Assembly: GCA_018304175.1 (NCBI GenBank)
Contig: JAGVWT010000008.1
Coordinates: forward strand, 1-41,992
Direction: 5' to 3'
DNA length: 41,992 nucleotides
Origin: Candidatus Pacearchaeota archaeon
GTDB lineage: Archaea > Nanobdellota > Nanobdellia > Pacearchaeales > GW2011-AR1
A program made the position numbers and the translations under genes. Below are positions 27,490 to 37,282 of this stretch, piece after piece. How positions within the stretch are numbered: the stretch's first letter is position 1; every line of letters starts with the position of its first letter. Below the pieces are notes generated by a model. The model saw nothing but the letters and a program-made list of their open reading frames with translations. It did not search any database and was not told the DNA's origin.

Positions 27490-28650
27490 TTAAAACTTCA
27501 AGATTTTTTTTGATTCATCTAGAATTCTTCTTGAAAAAGTTTCAGAAGTTTCTCCAATCTGCTTTTCAATTGAGAGAGACTTCATCAGTTCTGGAATCAT
27601 TAAATTTAGACCTGAATTATTCTGTTTCGAAAAAACTTTAATTGTCTCACCTTCTATGTCTTCTGATTCTTCTACTTCAACATCAATATCTGGAGATTTT
27701 GTTTTGAGATTATGTGTGTTTTTCAGCATGAAATATGCATTTCTTTCCTTTGAGAAATCCTGAATTTTTTTAAAGTCAATATCTGAGACTTTAAAGTTTT
27801 CAACTTCGCCTTTAACTCTCAGTAAAACAACCTTATCATTCAAATTTCTTTTTCCAAGTTCAGTTATTATCTTTTCAGTATTTCCTGAATTTTCAGCTGT
27901 GAAAATTATTGGTTCAATTTCTTTTATTTTTAATTCTATTCTTTTCATCTTTTGGCTGTCATTTGTATTTACAATGTAAAATCTTCCATGTTTCAACTCT
28001 TCAAGCTCTGCAAAATTATTTGGGAATACAGGTCCTGGGTAGACAAAATTCTTGTACTGAAAATCAATATGCAAATGTCCTAAAGCGTAATAGTCCACAA
28101 GAGGCAAATCATTCTCTGAAACAGCTTCTATAGGCAAATCACCTTTGGCTTTGTCTATTGTAGTATGCAGCATTAAAATTCTAAAAAAACTCCCTTGAAT
28201 TTCTTCAAGTTTTATTCTTCTTAAATCTTTTACATCAAGCCCTGTTTTCTTTCCCGGATAACCATAAAAAACAATATTTTCATGAACAGTTGGTTTTAGA
28301 ATTATTTTGTCATTCTCTTCTACGAAATTAGCAACATTTTTACAGAAACCTGTTTTTTCCAAAACTTCCAAAAAAGTTTTTCCTGCTACAGAATAATCAT
28401 GACTTCCCCCAATTATGAAACAAGGTATTCCTGATTCCTTAATTTTCCTAAATTCTGCGAAAGTTTGTTTCAATATTTCTATTGGAGGGTAAGGGGAATC
28501 AAACAAATCTCCTGCAATCAATATGAAATCAACTTTCTCATCAATACAGGTTTTTACGGCTAATTTAAAGGATTCAAAATTCAAATCTTGCATTTCTTGC
28601 TGACGCCAACTTCCTAGGTGAACGTCAGCCATATGTGCAAATTTCACCAT
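27490..28650 (-). CDS. mre11: Mre11 nuclease
   Basis: ADVHLG, GDLFD, GSHD (variant of GNHD), LMLHT, GHLH; adjacent to rad50. Confidence 0.9.
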   Translation of the reverse strand: MVKFAHMADVHLGSWRQQEMQDLNFESFKLAVKTCIDEKVDFILIAGDLFDSPYPPIEILKQTFAEFRKIKESGIPCFIIGGSHDYSVAGKTFLEVLEKTGFCKNVANFVEENDKIILKPTVHENIVFYGYPGKKTGLDVKDLRRIKLEEIQGSFFRILMLHTTIDKAKGDLPIEAVSENDLPLVDYYALGHLHIDFQYKNFVYPGPVFPNNFAELEELKHGRFYIVNTNDSQKMKRIELKIKEIEPIIFTAENSGNTEKIITELGKRNLNDKVVLLRVKGEVENFKVSDIDFKKIQDFSKERNAYFMLKNTHNLKTKSPDIDVEVEESEDIEGETIKVFSKQNNSGLNLMIPELMKSLSIEKQIGETSETFSRRILDESKKILKF

Positions 28651-28684
28651 AAAACTTACTTAGTATAGAACTATTTAAAGATGA

Positions 28685-29251
28685 TTATGGTGAAATTTTT
28701 ATCTCCAACACAAAAAGATTTTCAAAAAATAGATTCTCCTTTGATACTATTTTTTTCTTGAAATTTTGTTTTTTTAGTTCTAAATTTATTTTGCTTTTAG
28801 GAGTTAGGGAACTCAAAACAAGAAATGCTTTTCCGTTTTTCGTGAGATGATTTTTCAGTTTTTTTAGAAATCTCAAAATTATTTCATCACCTTTTTTTCC
28901 TCCCGTAGTTGAAATTCGCGAAGATTTTGGTTCTTTGTTGTAAATTGGTAAATAAGGAGGATTAAAAATTATCAAATCATATTTTCCTTTCACATTTGAG
29001 AGTAAATCAGATTTTATAACATCAAAGCCAAGTTTTTTGCATTCATTAACGGCTTTTGGATTTATGTCAACTCCAAATATATTTTTCACATGGAGTTTCT
29101 TAGCTGTCTTTAACTGAACACCAGAACCAACCCCTATTTCAAGAAATTTTAATTTAGGATTTTTCTTTAACAACAGAAGTAATTTTTCCTCAAGGACCTT
29201 AGACAAAAGAAAAGAATCTTCAGAAGGAATGTAAATTGAAGTTTCTTGCAT
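28685..29251 (-). CDS. HemK2/Mtq2-like SAM-dependent methyltransferase
   Basis: IYIPSEDSFLL, LEIGVGSG, FNPPYL, GGKKG. Confidence 0.88.
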   Translation of the reverse strand: MQETSIYIPSEDSFLLSKVLEEKLLLLLKKNPKLKFLEIGVGSGVQLKTAKKLHVKNIFGVDINPKAVNECKKLGFDVIKSDLLSNVKGKYDLIIFNPPYLPIYNKEPKSSRISTTGGKKGDEIILRFLKKLKNHLTKNGKAFLVLSSLTPKSKINLELKKQNFKKKIVSKENLFFENLFVLEIKISP

Positions 29252-29253
29252 TT

Positions 29254-29673
29254 TTAGCCGAACAAGCTATTTAGGTAATTAACTATTTCCTGCCTGAAAA
29301 AATAAATACCTGTTAAAGCTGCGAGTATTAGAACTAACAATATTGAGATAGTTATTATCAATGTAGCTCTTGGATTCTTACGAGTTTCTTCATCTTCATA
29401 GTTTGATACTTTTTGCATTGATTTGTTATTTTGTGGTGTTTGTGAAGGAATTGCTCCTGTTTTCTGAGAAAAAGCAATTGGTTTTTTTTTATCTTGCTGT
29501 TGAAAGTCCTGTGGCTTTTGTGACATTTCTAAACCGCTTGATTGTAATTCCCTAGCGGCACTTTCTATCTCTTCTTTACTATATCCGGCGTTGTAAAAAC
29601 TTTGCATCGCCTGCTGAAGCGACTCTCCTTTAATTAAAGCCATTTTCAACCCTTCAACAATTTCTTTTTTCAT
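29254..29673 (-). CDS. single-pass membrane protein with N-terminal helical domain
   Basis: EGLKMALIKGESLQQAMQSFYNAGYSKEEIESA, a Q/K-rich linker and a C-terminal TM. Confidence 0.7.
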   Translation of the reverse strand: MKKEIVEGLKMALIKGESLQQAMQSFYNAGYSKEEIESAARELQSSGLEMSQKPQDFQQQDKKKPIAFSQKTGAIPSQTPQNNKSMQKVSNYEDEETRKNPRATLIITISILLVLILAALTGIYFFRQEIVNYLNSLFG

Positions 29674-29674
29674 T

Positions 29675-31009
29675 TTATATTTCTATTTTATGTGAGTTGC
29701 TCAATAGATGATATTGTTTTTTACTGTAACCAAGTTCAGCGGCAAGCTCTTCCATTGGTTTGAGCATTTGAACAGGGCCGTGAGAAGGAATTACATTTTG
29801 AGGATTTACCATCGTAATTAAATCTCTTATATCTTCTTTTCCTCCGTGTCCTGAAACATGAACTTCATCGAAAAGTCGCGTCCCGAATTTTTCTATTCTT
29901 CTGTCCATAATTTCTTTATTTTTTATATTTACTGGAACAGGAATTGTTTTTGAAGAAAAAACTAGATTGTCATTTTTTCTGAACTGGAATGGAAGTTCAT
30001 TTTTTGAGATTCTGTCAAGAATACTCCCTGGTTCGCCTTGATGTCCTGTACAAACAACAAGATATTTTTCCCTTTCAGCCTCGACTTTTCGCAAAGCTGA
30101 ATGTAATTGGTTCCTGTATGTTTTCAATTCAATATCTTTTCTAAACTCTGCAAGATTATTTGCCCTCGCGGCAGAAACATATCTGTTAAGGCTTCTTCCT
30201 AAAAAGAGAATTTTTCTGTCAATTTTTTTTCCGAATTCAACAATGCTTTGCAAACGCGCAATGTGTGATGAAAAAGTTGTCACAAAAATTCCTGTTCTAT
30301 CGTTTCTTACTGTCGAGAAAACCTCATGTAACATATTTCTTGCGACTCTCTCGCTTGGTGTTTTGATTTTATGGCTACAGTAAAGTGAATCAGCAATTAT
30401 AGCCTTTACACCTTCTTTTGATAATCTTTTCAATGCTGCGTAGTTCGGAGGATTTCCCATAACAGGCGTGTTGTCGAGTTTGAAGTCATTCCCATAAATC
30501 ACAGCTCCTTCTTTTGTATGAAGTGCAATCATTGTCGTGTGAGGGATGGAGTGAGTCATGTGAATAAACTCTGCAGTATATTCTGAATTTTTTCCTTTAA
30601 TTTTTATAGAAGAATTAACTTGAACTGTTTTTATTTTGTTTGGGATTTGTTTTCTTTCATCATCCATTATTCGTTTCAAAACAGTCATTGTCATCGGAGA
30701 GCCGATCACGGGAGCTTTGTATCTGTAACTTATGTATGGCGTCGCACCTATATGGTCTAAATGTCCGTGACTTAAAAAAATCGCCCTTACCTTGTCCCTT
30801 ATTCCTAATTTATCGAGAATCAAATCATCAGGAAGAGCTCCTTTTCTCCTCAAAATTTTTTCATTGTATTCCTTAACATCCTCTTCCTGTAGTTCAACAA
30901 CTGCTGGCATGTATAACCCCATGTCAAATATAAAAGCATCATCGCCGACTTTAACTACAGTCATATTTCTTCCCACTTCACTATACCCACCAATTGCGTA
31001 AATTTCCAT
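29675..31009 (-). CDS. rnj: ribonuclease J
   Basis: IGGYSEVGRNMT, HGHLDHIG, HSIP, DFKLD, TFSSHIARLQ, TGHQGEP, HVSGH, PSHG. Confidence 0.94.
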   Translation of the reverse strand: MEIYAIGGYSEVGRNMTVVKVGDDAFIFDMGLYMPAVVELQEEDVKEYNEKILRRKGALPDDLILDKLGIRDKVRAIFLSHGHLDHIGATPYISYRYKAPVIGSPMTMTVLKRIMDDERKQIPNKIKTVQVNSSIKIKGKNSEYTAEFIHMTHSIPHTTMIALHTKEGAVIYGNDFKLDNTPVMGNPPNYAALKRLSKEGVKAIIADSLYCSHKIKTPSERVARNMLHEVFSTVRNDRTGIFVTTFSSHIARLQSIVEFGKKIDRKILFLGRSLNRYVSAARANNLAEFRKDIELKTYRNQLHSALRKVEAEREKYLVVCTGHQGEPGSILDRISKNELPFQFRKNDNLVFSSKTIPVPVNIKNKEIMDRRIEKFGTRLFDEVHVSGHGGKEDIRDLITMVNPQNVIPSHGPVQMLKPMEELAAELGYSKKQYHLLSNSHKIEI

Positions 31010-31044
31010 TTTGCCTCTTTGACAATTATATTATAAAAAAGAAG

Positions 31045-31069
31045 TTTAAAAATTCTTAGAATTTTTAAA
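31045..31069. promoter_or_regulatory. perfect 11-bp inverted repeat in the rnj/pop5 divergent region
   Basis: TTTAAAAATTC-TTA-GAATTTTTAAA; each arm carries a TATA-like TTTAAAAA on opposite strands. Confidence 0.55.
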
Positions 31070-31184
31070 TGTGGTTTGTTAACACAAAAATCCAATAATT
31101 TAAGGTTGAGTATTTAAGATATAATGGAGGATCTAGTTAGGTAGGTAGGAATAAAAATATAAACATTATTTTCGTTTTTGTAAA

Positions 31185-31466
31185 ATGGCATTAAAATCAC
31201 TAAAACCTTCAATGAGAGAAAAGAAGAGATATCTCCTACTTAAAGGAAACAATCTTAATGAAGACGTTGAAAAGACCATTTTAGATTTCATTGGAATTTT
31301 GGGGATGTCAAAAGCAGGTTTTAAGTGGATTAAAAGAGGGAAAAATTCTGCAATAATTTCTGTAAACAGGGAAATGATGAATGAAGTGAGAGCTTCGTTC
31401 AGTGCTTCAAAAAATGACATAGTTGTTGAGAAAGTTTCTGGTAGTTTGAAGAAGTTGAAGAAGTGA
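31185..31466 (+). CDS. rnp2: RNase P protein Pop5/Rpp14
   Basis: LKPSMREKKRYL...VSGSLKKL; upstream of psmA as in the exosome superoperon. Confidence 0.85.
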   Translation: MALKSLKPSMREKKRYLLLKGNNLNEDVEKTILDFIGILGMSKAGFKWIKRGKNSAIISVNREMMNEVRASFSASKNDIVVEKVSGSLKKLKK

Positions 31467-31590
31467 GTAATTTTTAACCCATAACATTTTTAAAGCCATA
31501 TTTCTTGTATTTTTTGAGAGAAAAGAAACGGAAATTTATATTATAAGTTTCTCTTAAATTAAATAAATAGAATGAAGATGTACACATAAA

Positions 31591-32316
31591 ATGGAAATGC
31601 CAATGGATTTTCAGCATCAGGCAATGGGCTATGATCGTACAGCTACGATGTTTTCACCAGAAGGAAAACTCTTGCAAGTTGAGTATGCAGAGAAGGCGAT
31701 AAAATGGGGAAGCGCAAGCATAGGAATGGTTTGTAATGATGGAGTTATGATTCTCGCTGACAAAAGAATTGATGAAAAATTAATCACGCCAACATCTTCA
31801 AGCAAGATTTCTGAAATTGATTCGCACATAATCGCAAGTTCTGCAGGAATTGTGGCAGACGCAAGAGTTTTAATCGAAAGGTCACAGGTTTTGGCACAGC
31901 AACACAGAGTAACATACGATTCTCCGATAGAGCCAGAAACAATAATAAAAGAAATCTCAAATATAAAACAACAGTTTACACAATACGGTGGAGCAAGGCC
32001 GTTTGGAGTTGCTATAATGGTTGCTGGAATAAACAATGGCAAAACAGAATTGTATGCAAGCGACGTCACTGGAAATTACTTTTCTTACCATGCAAATGCA
32101 ATAGGTGAAAACGACGAAAAAATAAGGGAAAAATTAAGAGAAGAATACAGAAAGGATTTAACAATAAAAAAAGGTGCGAAGATAGCCCTGAATATATTTA
32201 AAGAAATCAGAGGAGATAAATTTGATTTTGATAAATTTGAATTGGCTTTCATCAAGAAAGATAATATCAAAATAGAAAAAATTGAAGGCGAAGAATTAAA
32301 GAATTTTGTGAAATGA
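31591..32316 (+). CDS. psmA: proteasome alpha subunit
   Basis: YDRTATMFSPEGKLLQVEYA, GIVADARVL, RPFGVA. Confidence 0.96.
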   Translation: MEMPMDFQHQAMGYDRTATMFSPEGKLLQVEYAEKAIKWGSASIGMVCNDGVMILADKRIDEKLITPTSSSKISEIDSHIIASSAGIVADARVLIERSQVLAQQHRVTYDSPIEPETIIKEISNIKQQFTQYGGARPFGVAIMVAGINNGKTELYASDVTGNYFSYHANAIGENDEKIREKLREEYRKDLTIKKGAKIALNIFKEIRGDKFDFDKFELAFIKKDNIKIEKIEGEELKNFVK

Positions 32317-32993
32317 TTATGACACAAACAATAGCAAGAATAAAACAAAAAGGAAAACATTTTGAAATACTCGTTGACCTTGACCAGGCATTAAAATATA
32401 AAAAAGGTGATAGCAACAGCGTCGATTTTTTGGAAACTGACAAAGTATTTACAGACTCAAAAAAAGGACTTGCTGCCAGTGTTTCTGACTTAAAAGATGC
32501 TTTTGGAACAGAAGACAGCTACGAAATTGCAAAAAAAATCGTAAAGAGCGGAGAAGTTTTGGTAACACAAGAGCACAGGGACGAAGAAAGGGACAAAAAA
32601 ATCAAACAGGTTGTTGACTTTCTTGTTGTAAATGCTTCTGACCCAAGGTCGGGAAACAAAATCTCGCCTGAAAAAATAAAAACAGCCTTGCAGGAAGCAC
32701 ATGTCAACATAAAAAATGTTCCTGTTGAAAATCAAATCAATGAAATAATCGCACATGTAAGCAAAATCATGCCGATAAAGATATCTTCAAAAAAAATTAA
32801 ATTGACAATTCCTGCAATTCACACAGGAAAAGTTTATGGTCTGATAAATCAGTACAAAGAAAAAGAAGAATGGATGGGAAATGGGGATTTGGAAGCAGTA
32901 GTTGTGATTCCTGTTGGACTAACAATGGATTTTTATGATAAATTAAATTCAGCGACAAAAGGAGCTGTATTAACAGAGGAGATTAAACAATAA
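32313..32993 (+). CDS. sdo1: ribosome maturation factor SBDS/Sdo1
   Basis: ARIKQKGKHFEILVD, VFTDSKKG, AFGTED. Confidence 0.93.
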   Translation: MIMTQTIARIKQKGKHFEILVDLDQALKYKKGDSNSVDFLETDKVFTDSKKGLAASVSDLKDAFGTEDSYEIAKKIVKSGEVLVTQEHRDEERDKKIKQVVDFLVVNASDPRSGNKISPEKIKTALQEAHVNIKNVPVENQINEIIAHVSKIMPIKISSKKIKLTIPAIHTGKVYGLINQYKEKEEWMGNGDLEAVVVIPVGLTMDFYDKLNSATKGAVLTEEIKQ

Positions 32994-32994
32994 A

Positions 32995-33660
32995 ATGACA
33001 AACAGAGAAATTGTAATTCCTGGAGAAATAATTGTTGAAGGGGAAAAATATTTGCCTGGAGAAGGAACTGAGAGAAGGGGAAATAAAATCGTGGCTATAA
33101 GATACGGCTTAGCTGAAGAATCAAAAGAGTTAGTGAAAGTCATACCATTATCAGGAGTTTATCATGCAAGGAGAGGAAATGCTATTATTGGAAGCGTTGA
33201 GAATATAACATTTAATGGATGGCAAATTGACATTGGAACACCTGAAAATGCATTTTTACCATTGTCCGAAGTTCCTGGATTTGTAAACAAAAACTCGCTC
33301 GATGAAGTTATGAATATCAGAGACTCATTAGTTGCTAAAATTATTGACATAAACAAAAGAGGAATTGACTTGACAATAAAAGGAAAGGGGCTCGGAAAAA
33401 TCGACGAAGGAATTATAATGGAAATAAACTCAAACAAAGTCCCGAGAATCATTGGGAAAGAAGGAAGCATGATAAACATTATAAAGACGGAAACAGGATG
33501 CAACATAACTGTCGGACAGAATGGTTTAATTTGGATTTCCGGAGATAGTACAGAAAATGAACTTCTAGCAAAGAAAGCAATATTGTTTATTGCTGAAAAA
33601 TCATATATTGAAGGTCTTACGGAAGAAGTAAAAAAATGGTTCGAAAAGGAGAAAAAATAA
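32995..33660 (+). CDS. rrp4: exosome RNA-binding subunit Rrp4
   Basis: VIPGE, S1 domain, KH PRIIGKEGSMI, VGQNGLIWI. Confidence 0.93.
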   Translation: MTNREIVIPGEIIVEGEKYLPGEGTERRGNKIVAIRYGLAEESKELVKVIPLSGVYHARRGNAIIGSVENITFNGWQIDIGTPENAFLPLSEVPGFVNKNSLDEVMNIRDSLVAKIIDINKRGIDLTIKGKGLGKIDEGIIMEINSNKVPRIIGKEGSMINIIKTETGCNITVGQNGLIWISGDSTENELLAKKAILFIAEKSYIEGLTEEVKKWFEKEKK

Positions 33661-33661
33661 A

Positions 33662-34378
33662 ATGACTAAAAAAGACTTCAAGCGTTCTGACGGAAGAAAA
33701 TTTGATGAAGTCAGGAAAATGACGGCGAAAGTCGGAGTGATTCCAAACGCCGATGGAAGTGCAATGTTTTCATTCGGAGATACAATCGCAATCGCTGCAG
33801 TTTACGGACCAAAGAAAATGCATCCGCAGCATTTGCAGAACCCTGAAAAAGGAGTTTTAAGATACACGTATCACATGATGAGTTTTTCAGTCACAGAGAG
33901 AATTCGTCCTGGACCAAACAGAAGAAGCATGGAAATCAGCAAAATATCTGAATGGGCTTTAGAACCTGTTGTTATGATTGATAAATATCCTGGAACTGTA
34001 ATTGATGTTCACGTGAATATTTTGCAGGCAAACGCTTCAACGAGATGTGCAGGAATAAATGCTGCAGCTCTCGCAATAGCACACGCAGGAGTTTCAATGA
34101 AAGATATGGTTTCAAGTGTTTCAATTGGAAAACTTGACAAGCAACTTGTTGTTGATGTTTCAAAAGATGAAGAAGATTATGAAGAAGGCGAAGGTGCAAC
34201 AGACATTCCAATAACTTTTACAGACGAGGGCAAGATTACACACATACAAGTTGACGGAAGCATTGAAACAGAACAGCTCAAAGAAGCAATTCAGCTTGCA
34301 AGAAAAGCATGTAAGGAAATTTATGAGGTCCAGAAAAAAGCATTAAAAGAATCCTTAGACATAAACAAAAATAAATAA
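33662..34378 (+). CDS. rrp41: exosome subunit Rrp41
   Basis: RSDGRKFDEVR, ADGSA, VYGP, RPGPNRRS, STRCAGINAA. Confidence 0.94.
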   Translation: MTKKDFKRSDGRKFDEVRKMTAKVGVIPNADGSAMFSFGDTIAIAAVYGPKKMHPQHLQNPEKGVLRYTYHMMSFSVTERIRPGPNRRSMEISKISEWALEPVVMIDKYPGTVIDVHVNILQANASTRCAGINAAALAIAHAGVSMKDMVSSVSIGKLDKQLVVDVSKDEEDYEEGEGATDIPITFTDEGKITHIQVDGSIETEQLKEAIQLARKACKEIYEVQKKALKESLDINKNK

Positions 34379-34382
34379 TAAA

Positions 34383-35189
34383 ATGGAAACAACAAAAGTA
34401 ACTGCTGAAAGAATAAAAGAATATCTTGAAAGTGGGAAGAGATTCGACGGAAGAAAACCGGACGAATTCAGGGAAATCTCAATTGAGACAGGAGTTTCAA
34501 AAAATGCAGAAGGAAGTGTAAGGGTAAAAATAGGAAAAACAGATGTTATTGCCGGAGTCAAAATGGAAGTTTCAGAGCCATACCCAGACTCTCCGGACAA
34601 GGGAAACTTAGTTGTTTCCGCAGAATTATTGCCTATGAGCTCTTCAAGATATGAAGCAGGTCCTCCAAAAATAGAGGCAATAGAACTCGCAAGAGTCACA
34701 GACAGAATAGTAAGGGAAAGCAAGTTTATTGACATGGAAGAATTATGCATAACAAAAGGAGAAAAAGTCTGGACAGTTTACATAGACATTTATTCCATAA
34801 ACGCCGACGGAAATCTGCTTGATGCAGCAGGATTGGCTGCAATAGCTGCATTAAGAATTGCAAAGATGCCAAAGTATGACAAAAAAGAAGAAAAAATTAT
34901 CCGAGGAGAATTCACTGATAAAAACATTCCTTTGAAAAAAGAAACTCCAATATCAATTACAATTTATAAAATTGGAAATAGTTTAATAGTAGACCCTAAT
35001 ATTGAAGAAGAAGACGTCAGTGAAGCAAGGATAACAATAGGGTTTTGTGATGGAAAAATATCTTCAATGCAAAAAGGAGATCCAAAAGAAATAAGCATAG
35101 AAGAAATGACTTCTGCATTAGACATAACAAAAAAGTTATGGAAAAAAATCGCTGATAAATTAGAAGAAGAATTGGAAAAAGCAAAGTAA
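34383..35189 (+). CDS. rrp42: exosome subunit Rrp42
   Basis: [48 protein letters not shown]. Confidence 0.94.
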   Translation: METTKVTAERIKEYLESGKRFDGRKPDEFREISIETGVSKNAEGSVRVKIGKTDVIAGVKMEVSEPYPDSPDKGNLVVSAELLPMSSSRYEAGPPKIEAIELARVTDRIVRESKFIDMEELCITKGEKVWTVYIDIYSINADGNLLDAAGLAAIAALRIAKMPKYDKKEEKIIRGEFTDKNIPLKKETPISITIYKIGNSLIVDPNIEEEDVSEARITIGFCDGKISSMQKGDPKEISIEEMTSALDITKKLWKKIADKLEEELEKAK

Positions 35190-35190
35190 A

Positions 35191-35568
35191 ATGACCAACA
35201 AGCAAGAATTTACAAAATATGAACGCGCGAGAATCCTTGGGGCGAGAGCTTTGCAGATAGCAATGAACGCGCCATTGCTTGTGAAAATAGAAAAAGAGGA
35301 GCTTGAAAAAATAAAATATGATCCATTAAAAATAGCAGAGATAGAACTTGACTCTGGAATATTACCTATTTCAGTTAGAAAGCCGATGCCTTCTAAAAAA
35401 GAGGATAAATTAAAGAGAGTAAAAGAAGGAAAAATAGATGATAAAAAGATAAAAGAAAAAGAAAATGAGACCGAAGAAGAAATCGCAGTAGAGGGAGAAA
35501 TAATGGAACTCGCAACTCCCGAAGATGAAGTGACAGAAGAAGTTGAAAACGAAGGAGATGAAGATTAG
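35191..35568 (+). CDS. rpoK: RNA polymerase subunit Rpo6 (K) with acidic C-terminal tail
   Basis: [22 protein letters not shown]...[16 protein letters not shown]. Confidence 0.95.
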   Translation: MTNKQEFTKYERARILGARALQIAMNAPLLVKIEKEELEKIKYDPLKIAEIELDSGILPISVRKPMPSKKEDKLKRVKEGKIDDKKIKEKENETEEEIAVEGEIMELATPEDEVTEEVENEGDED

Positions 35569-35609
35569 GGAATAAAAAACATTATAAACAAGTTTTTTCT
35601 TTTTAATTA

Positions 35610-36767
35610 ATGGTTGTAGTTAAAGGGGTTTTTGGAAAAACAATTCTTGATTCTAGGAAGGAAAAAACAATTCAAGTTTTATTAAAAACAGACGTTGGGG
35701 AGTTCTCTGCAAGCTCGCCGAATGGAAAATCTCGCGGGAAATATGAAAAAGAACCTTACAAAAAAAGTATCGACAACGACATAAAAACATTAAGAAAATT
35801 TAGTGATTATTTTTCAGAAGAAGTCATAGAAGAATTTAGTGATTTGTTAGGGGTGGAAGATACTGTTGGAGATTTTGTTGGAGCAAATACTTTGTTTGCA
35901 TTTGAATCGGCAATTTTGAAAGCAATGTCAAAAGAGCAAAAAAAAGATATTTGGAAATTAGTTAATGGAGAAGGCAGAAAATTTCCAAGACTAGTTGGTA
36001 ATTGCATCGGTGGAGGAAAACATTCTCATAACGAGAAGAAGCCTGATTTCCAGGAATTTTTGCTAATACCAAAAGAAAAAACCGTAAAAGAATCTTTTGA
36101 GTTAATCAAGAAAATAAAAGACAACTTAAAACATGAATTAAAAATTTCAGACCAAAAATTTAAAGACAAAAAAAATGATGAAGATGCTTGGGAAACATCA
36201 TTAAACGAAAAAGAAGTTCTTGACATAGTAAAAAAACTCCAAGTTCCTTTTGGAGTTGACATTGCCGCTTCAACATTTCATAAGAGGCATAAATATATTT
36301 ATGAAAACCCTGCTCTTAAAAGGACTCGTGAAGAACAGATTGAATATCTTTCAAGCTTAATAAAAAATTTGGAGTTATTTTATGTTGAAGATCCATTTGA
36401 GGAAAACGACTTTGAAAGCTTCTCAAAACTTCTCAAGAGATTTCCAAACAGGTTAATCGTGGGTGATGATTTAACAGTCACGAATCCTGAAAGATTGAAA
36501 AAAGCTATTTCAATGAAAAGCGTCAATGCTTTAATCGTGAAGCCTAATCAAATTGGCTCTTTGATTGAAGTCAAAAATGTCTGCGAACTTGCAAGAAAAA
36601 ATAACATCAAAACAATCTTTTCGCACAGAAGCGGTGAAACAACAGAAAATATTCTAGCTGATTTGGCTTTTGGATTCCAGGCTGATTTCATAAAAACAGG
36701 AATTACAGGAAAAGAAAGGGAAGCAAAAATCAGAAGATTAATTGAGATTGAAAAGAATTTAGAATAA
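35610..36767 (+). CDS. eno: enolase (compact, divergent)
   Basis: ILDSR, GGGKH, QEF, DE, VDIAAS, EDPF, GDDL, KPNQIG, SHRSGET, IKTG. Confidence 0.9.
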   Translation: MVVVKGVFGKTILDSRKEKTIQVLLKTDVGEFSASSPNGKSRGKYEKEPYKKSIDNDIKTLRKFSDYFSEEVIEEFSDLLGVEDTVGDFVGANTLFAFESAILKAMSKEQKKDIWKLVNGEGRKFPRLVGNCIGGGKHSHNEKKPDFQEFLLIPKEKTVKESFELIKKIKDNLKHELKISDQKFKDKKNDEDAWETSLNEKEVLDIVKKLQVPFGVDIAASTFHKRHKYIYENPALKRTREEQIEYLSSLIKNLELFYVEDPFEENDFESFSKLLKRFPNRLIVGDDLTVTNPERLKKAISMKSVNALIVKPNQIGSLIEVKNVCELARKNNIKTIFSHRSGETTENILADLAFGFQADFIKTGITGKEREAKIRRLIEIEKNLE

Positions 36768-37190
36768 GGGTTGATACCTATTTCTTGAAGGGTATATTTC
36801 AGTTGGAGGATAATCAACATCATTCACATTTGTTTTACTTCTTATCATAGAAATCATTTCATGTTCTTTTGGAACTCCAATTGCATTTAAAACATAAAAT
36901 AGCCTTAAGACACAATCCCTAATTGTTACACTATTTCTATTCTGAGTTAAACGTCTTTTGTAACCCACCATATTTCCTCTCGTATACCAGGATAAGTCTT
37001 CACTGACTGTTTTTAGAGCAACACGAATTTCAGGGTTTAGTATTAATTGGGCAATTTCATTAGGGCTTTTTCCTCTAAATTTTTTATTGTTGTTTAAATA
37101 ATCCGTCAATGACTTACCAAACTCTTCACTTGTGTAAGTATCTCTGAAACCTCCACTTTCACCGTTTGATACAAGATAAGCCAAACCCAT
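36759..37190 (-). CDS. hypothetical orphan protein inserted antisense between eno and rps2
   Basis: 143-aa ORF with its own TATA-like box (CTTAAAAAA) about 21 nt upstream. Confidence 0.6.
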   Translation of the reverse strand: MGLAYLVSNGESGGFRDTYTSEEFGKSLTDYLNNNKKFRGKSPNEIAQLILNPEIRVALKTVSEDLSWYTRGNMVGYKRRLTQNRNSVTIRDCVLRLFYVLNAIGVPKEHEMISMIRSKTNVNDVDYPPTEIYPSRNRYQPLF

Positions 37191-37282
37191 TGTATCTTAT
37201 CTTAAACATATTTTTTAAGTTTTGTTGTTCCTTATTTTAATGCCTACAGAAAATTTAAAAACGCATTTCTCTGTGAATTCTA

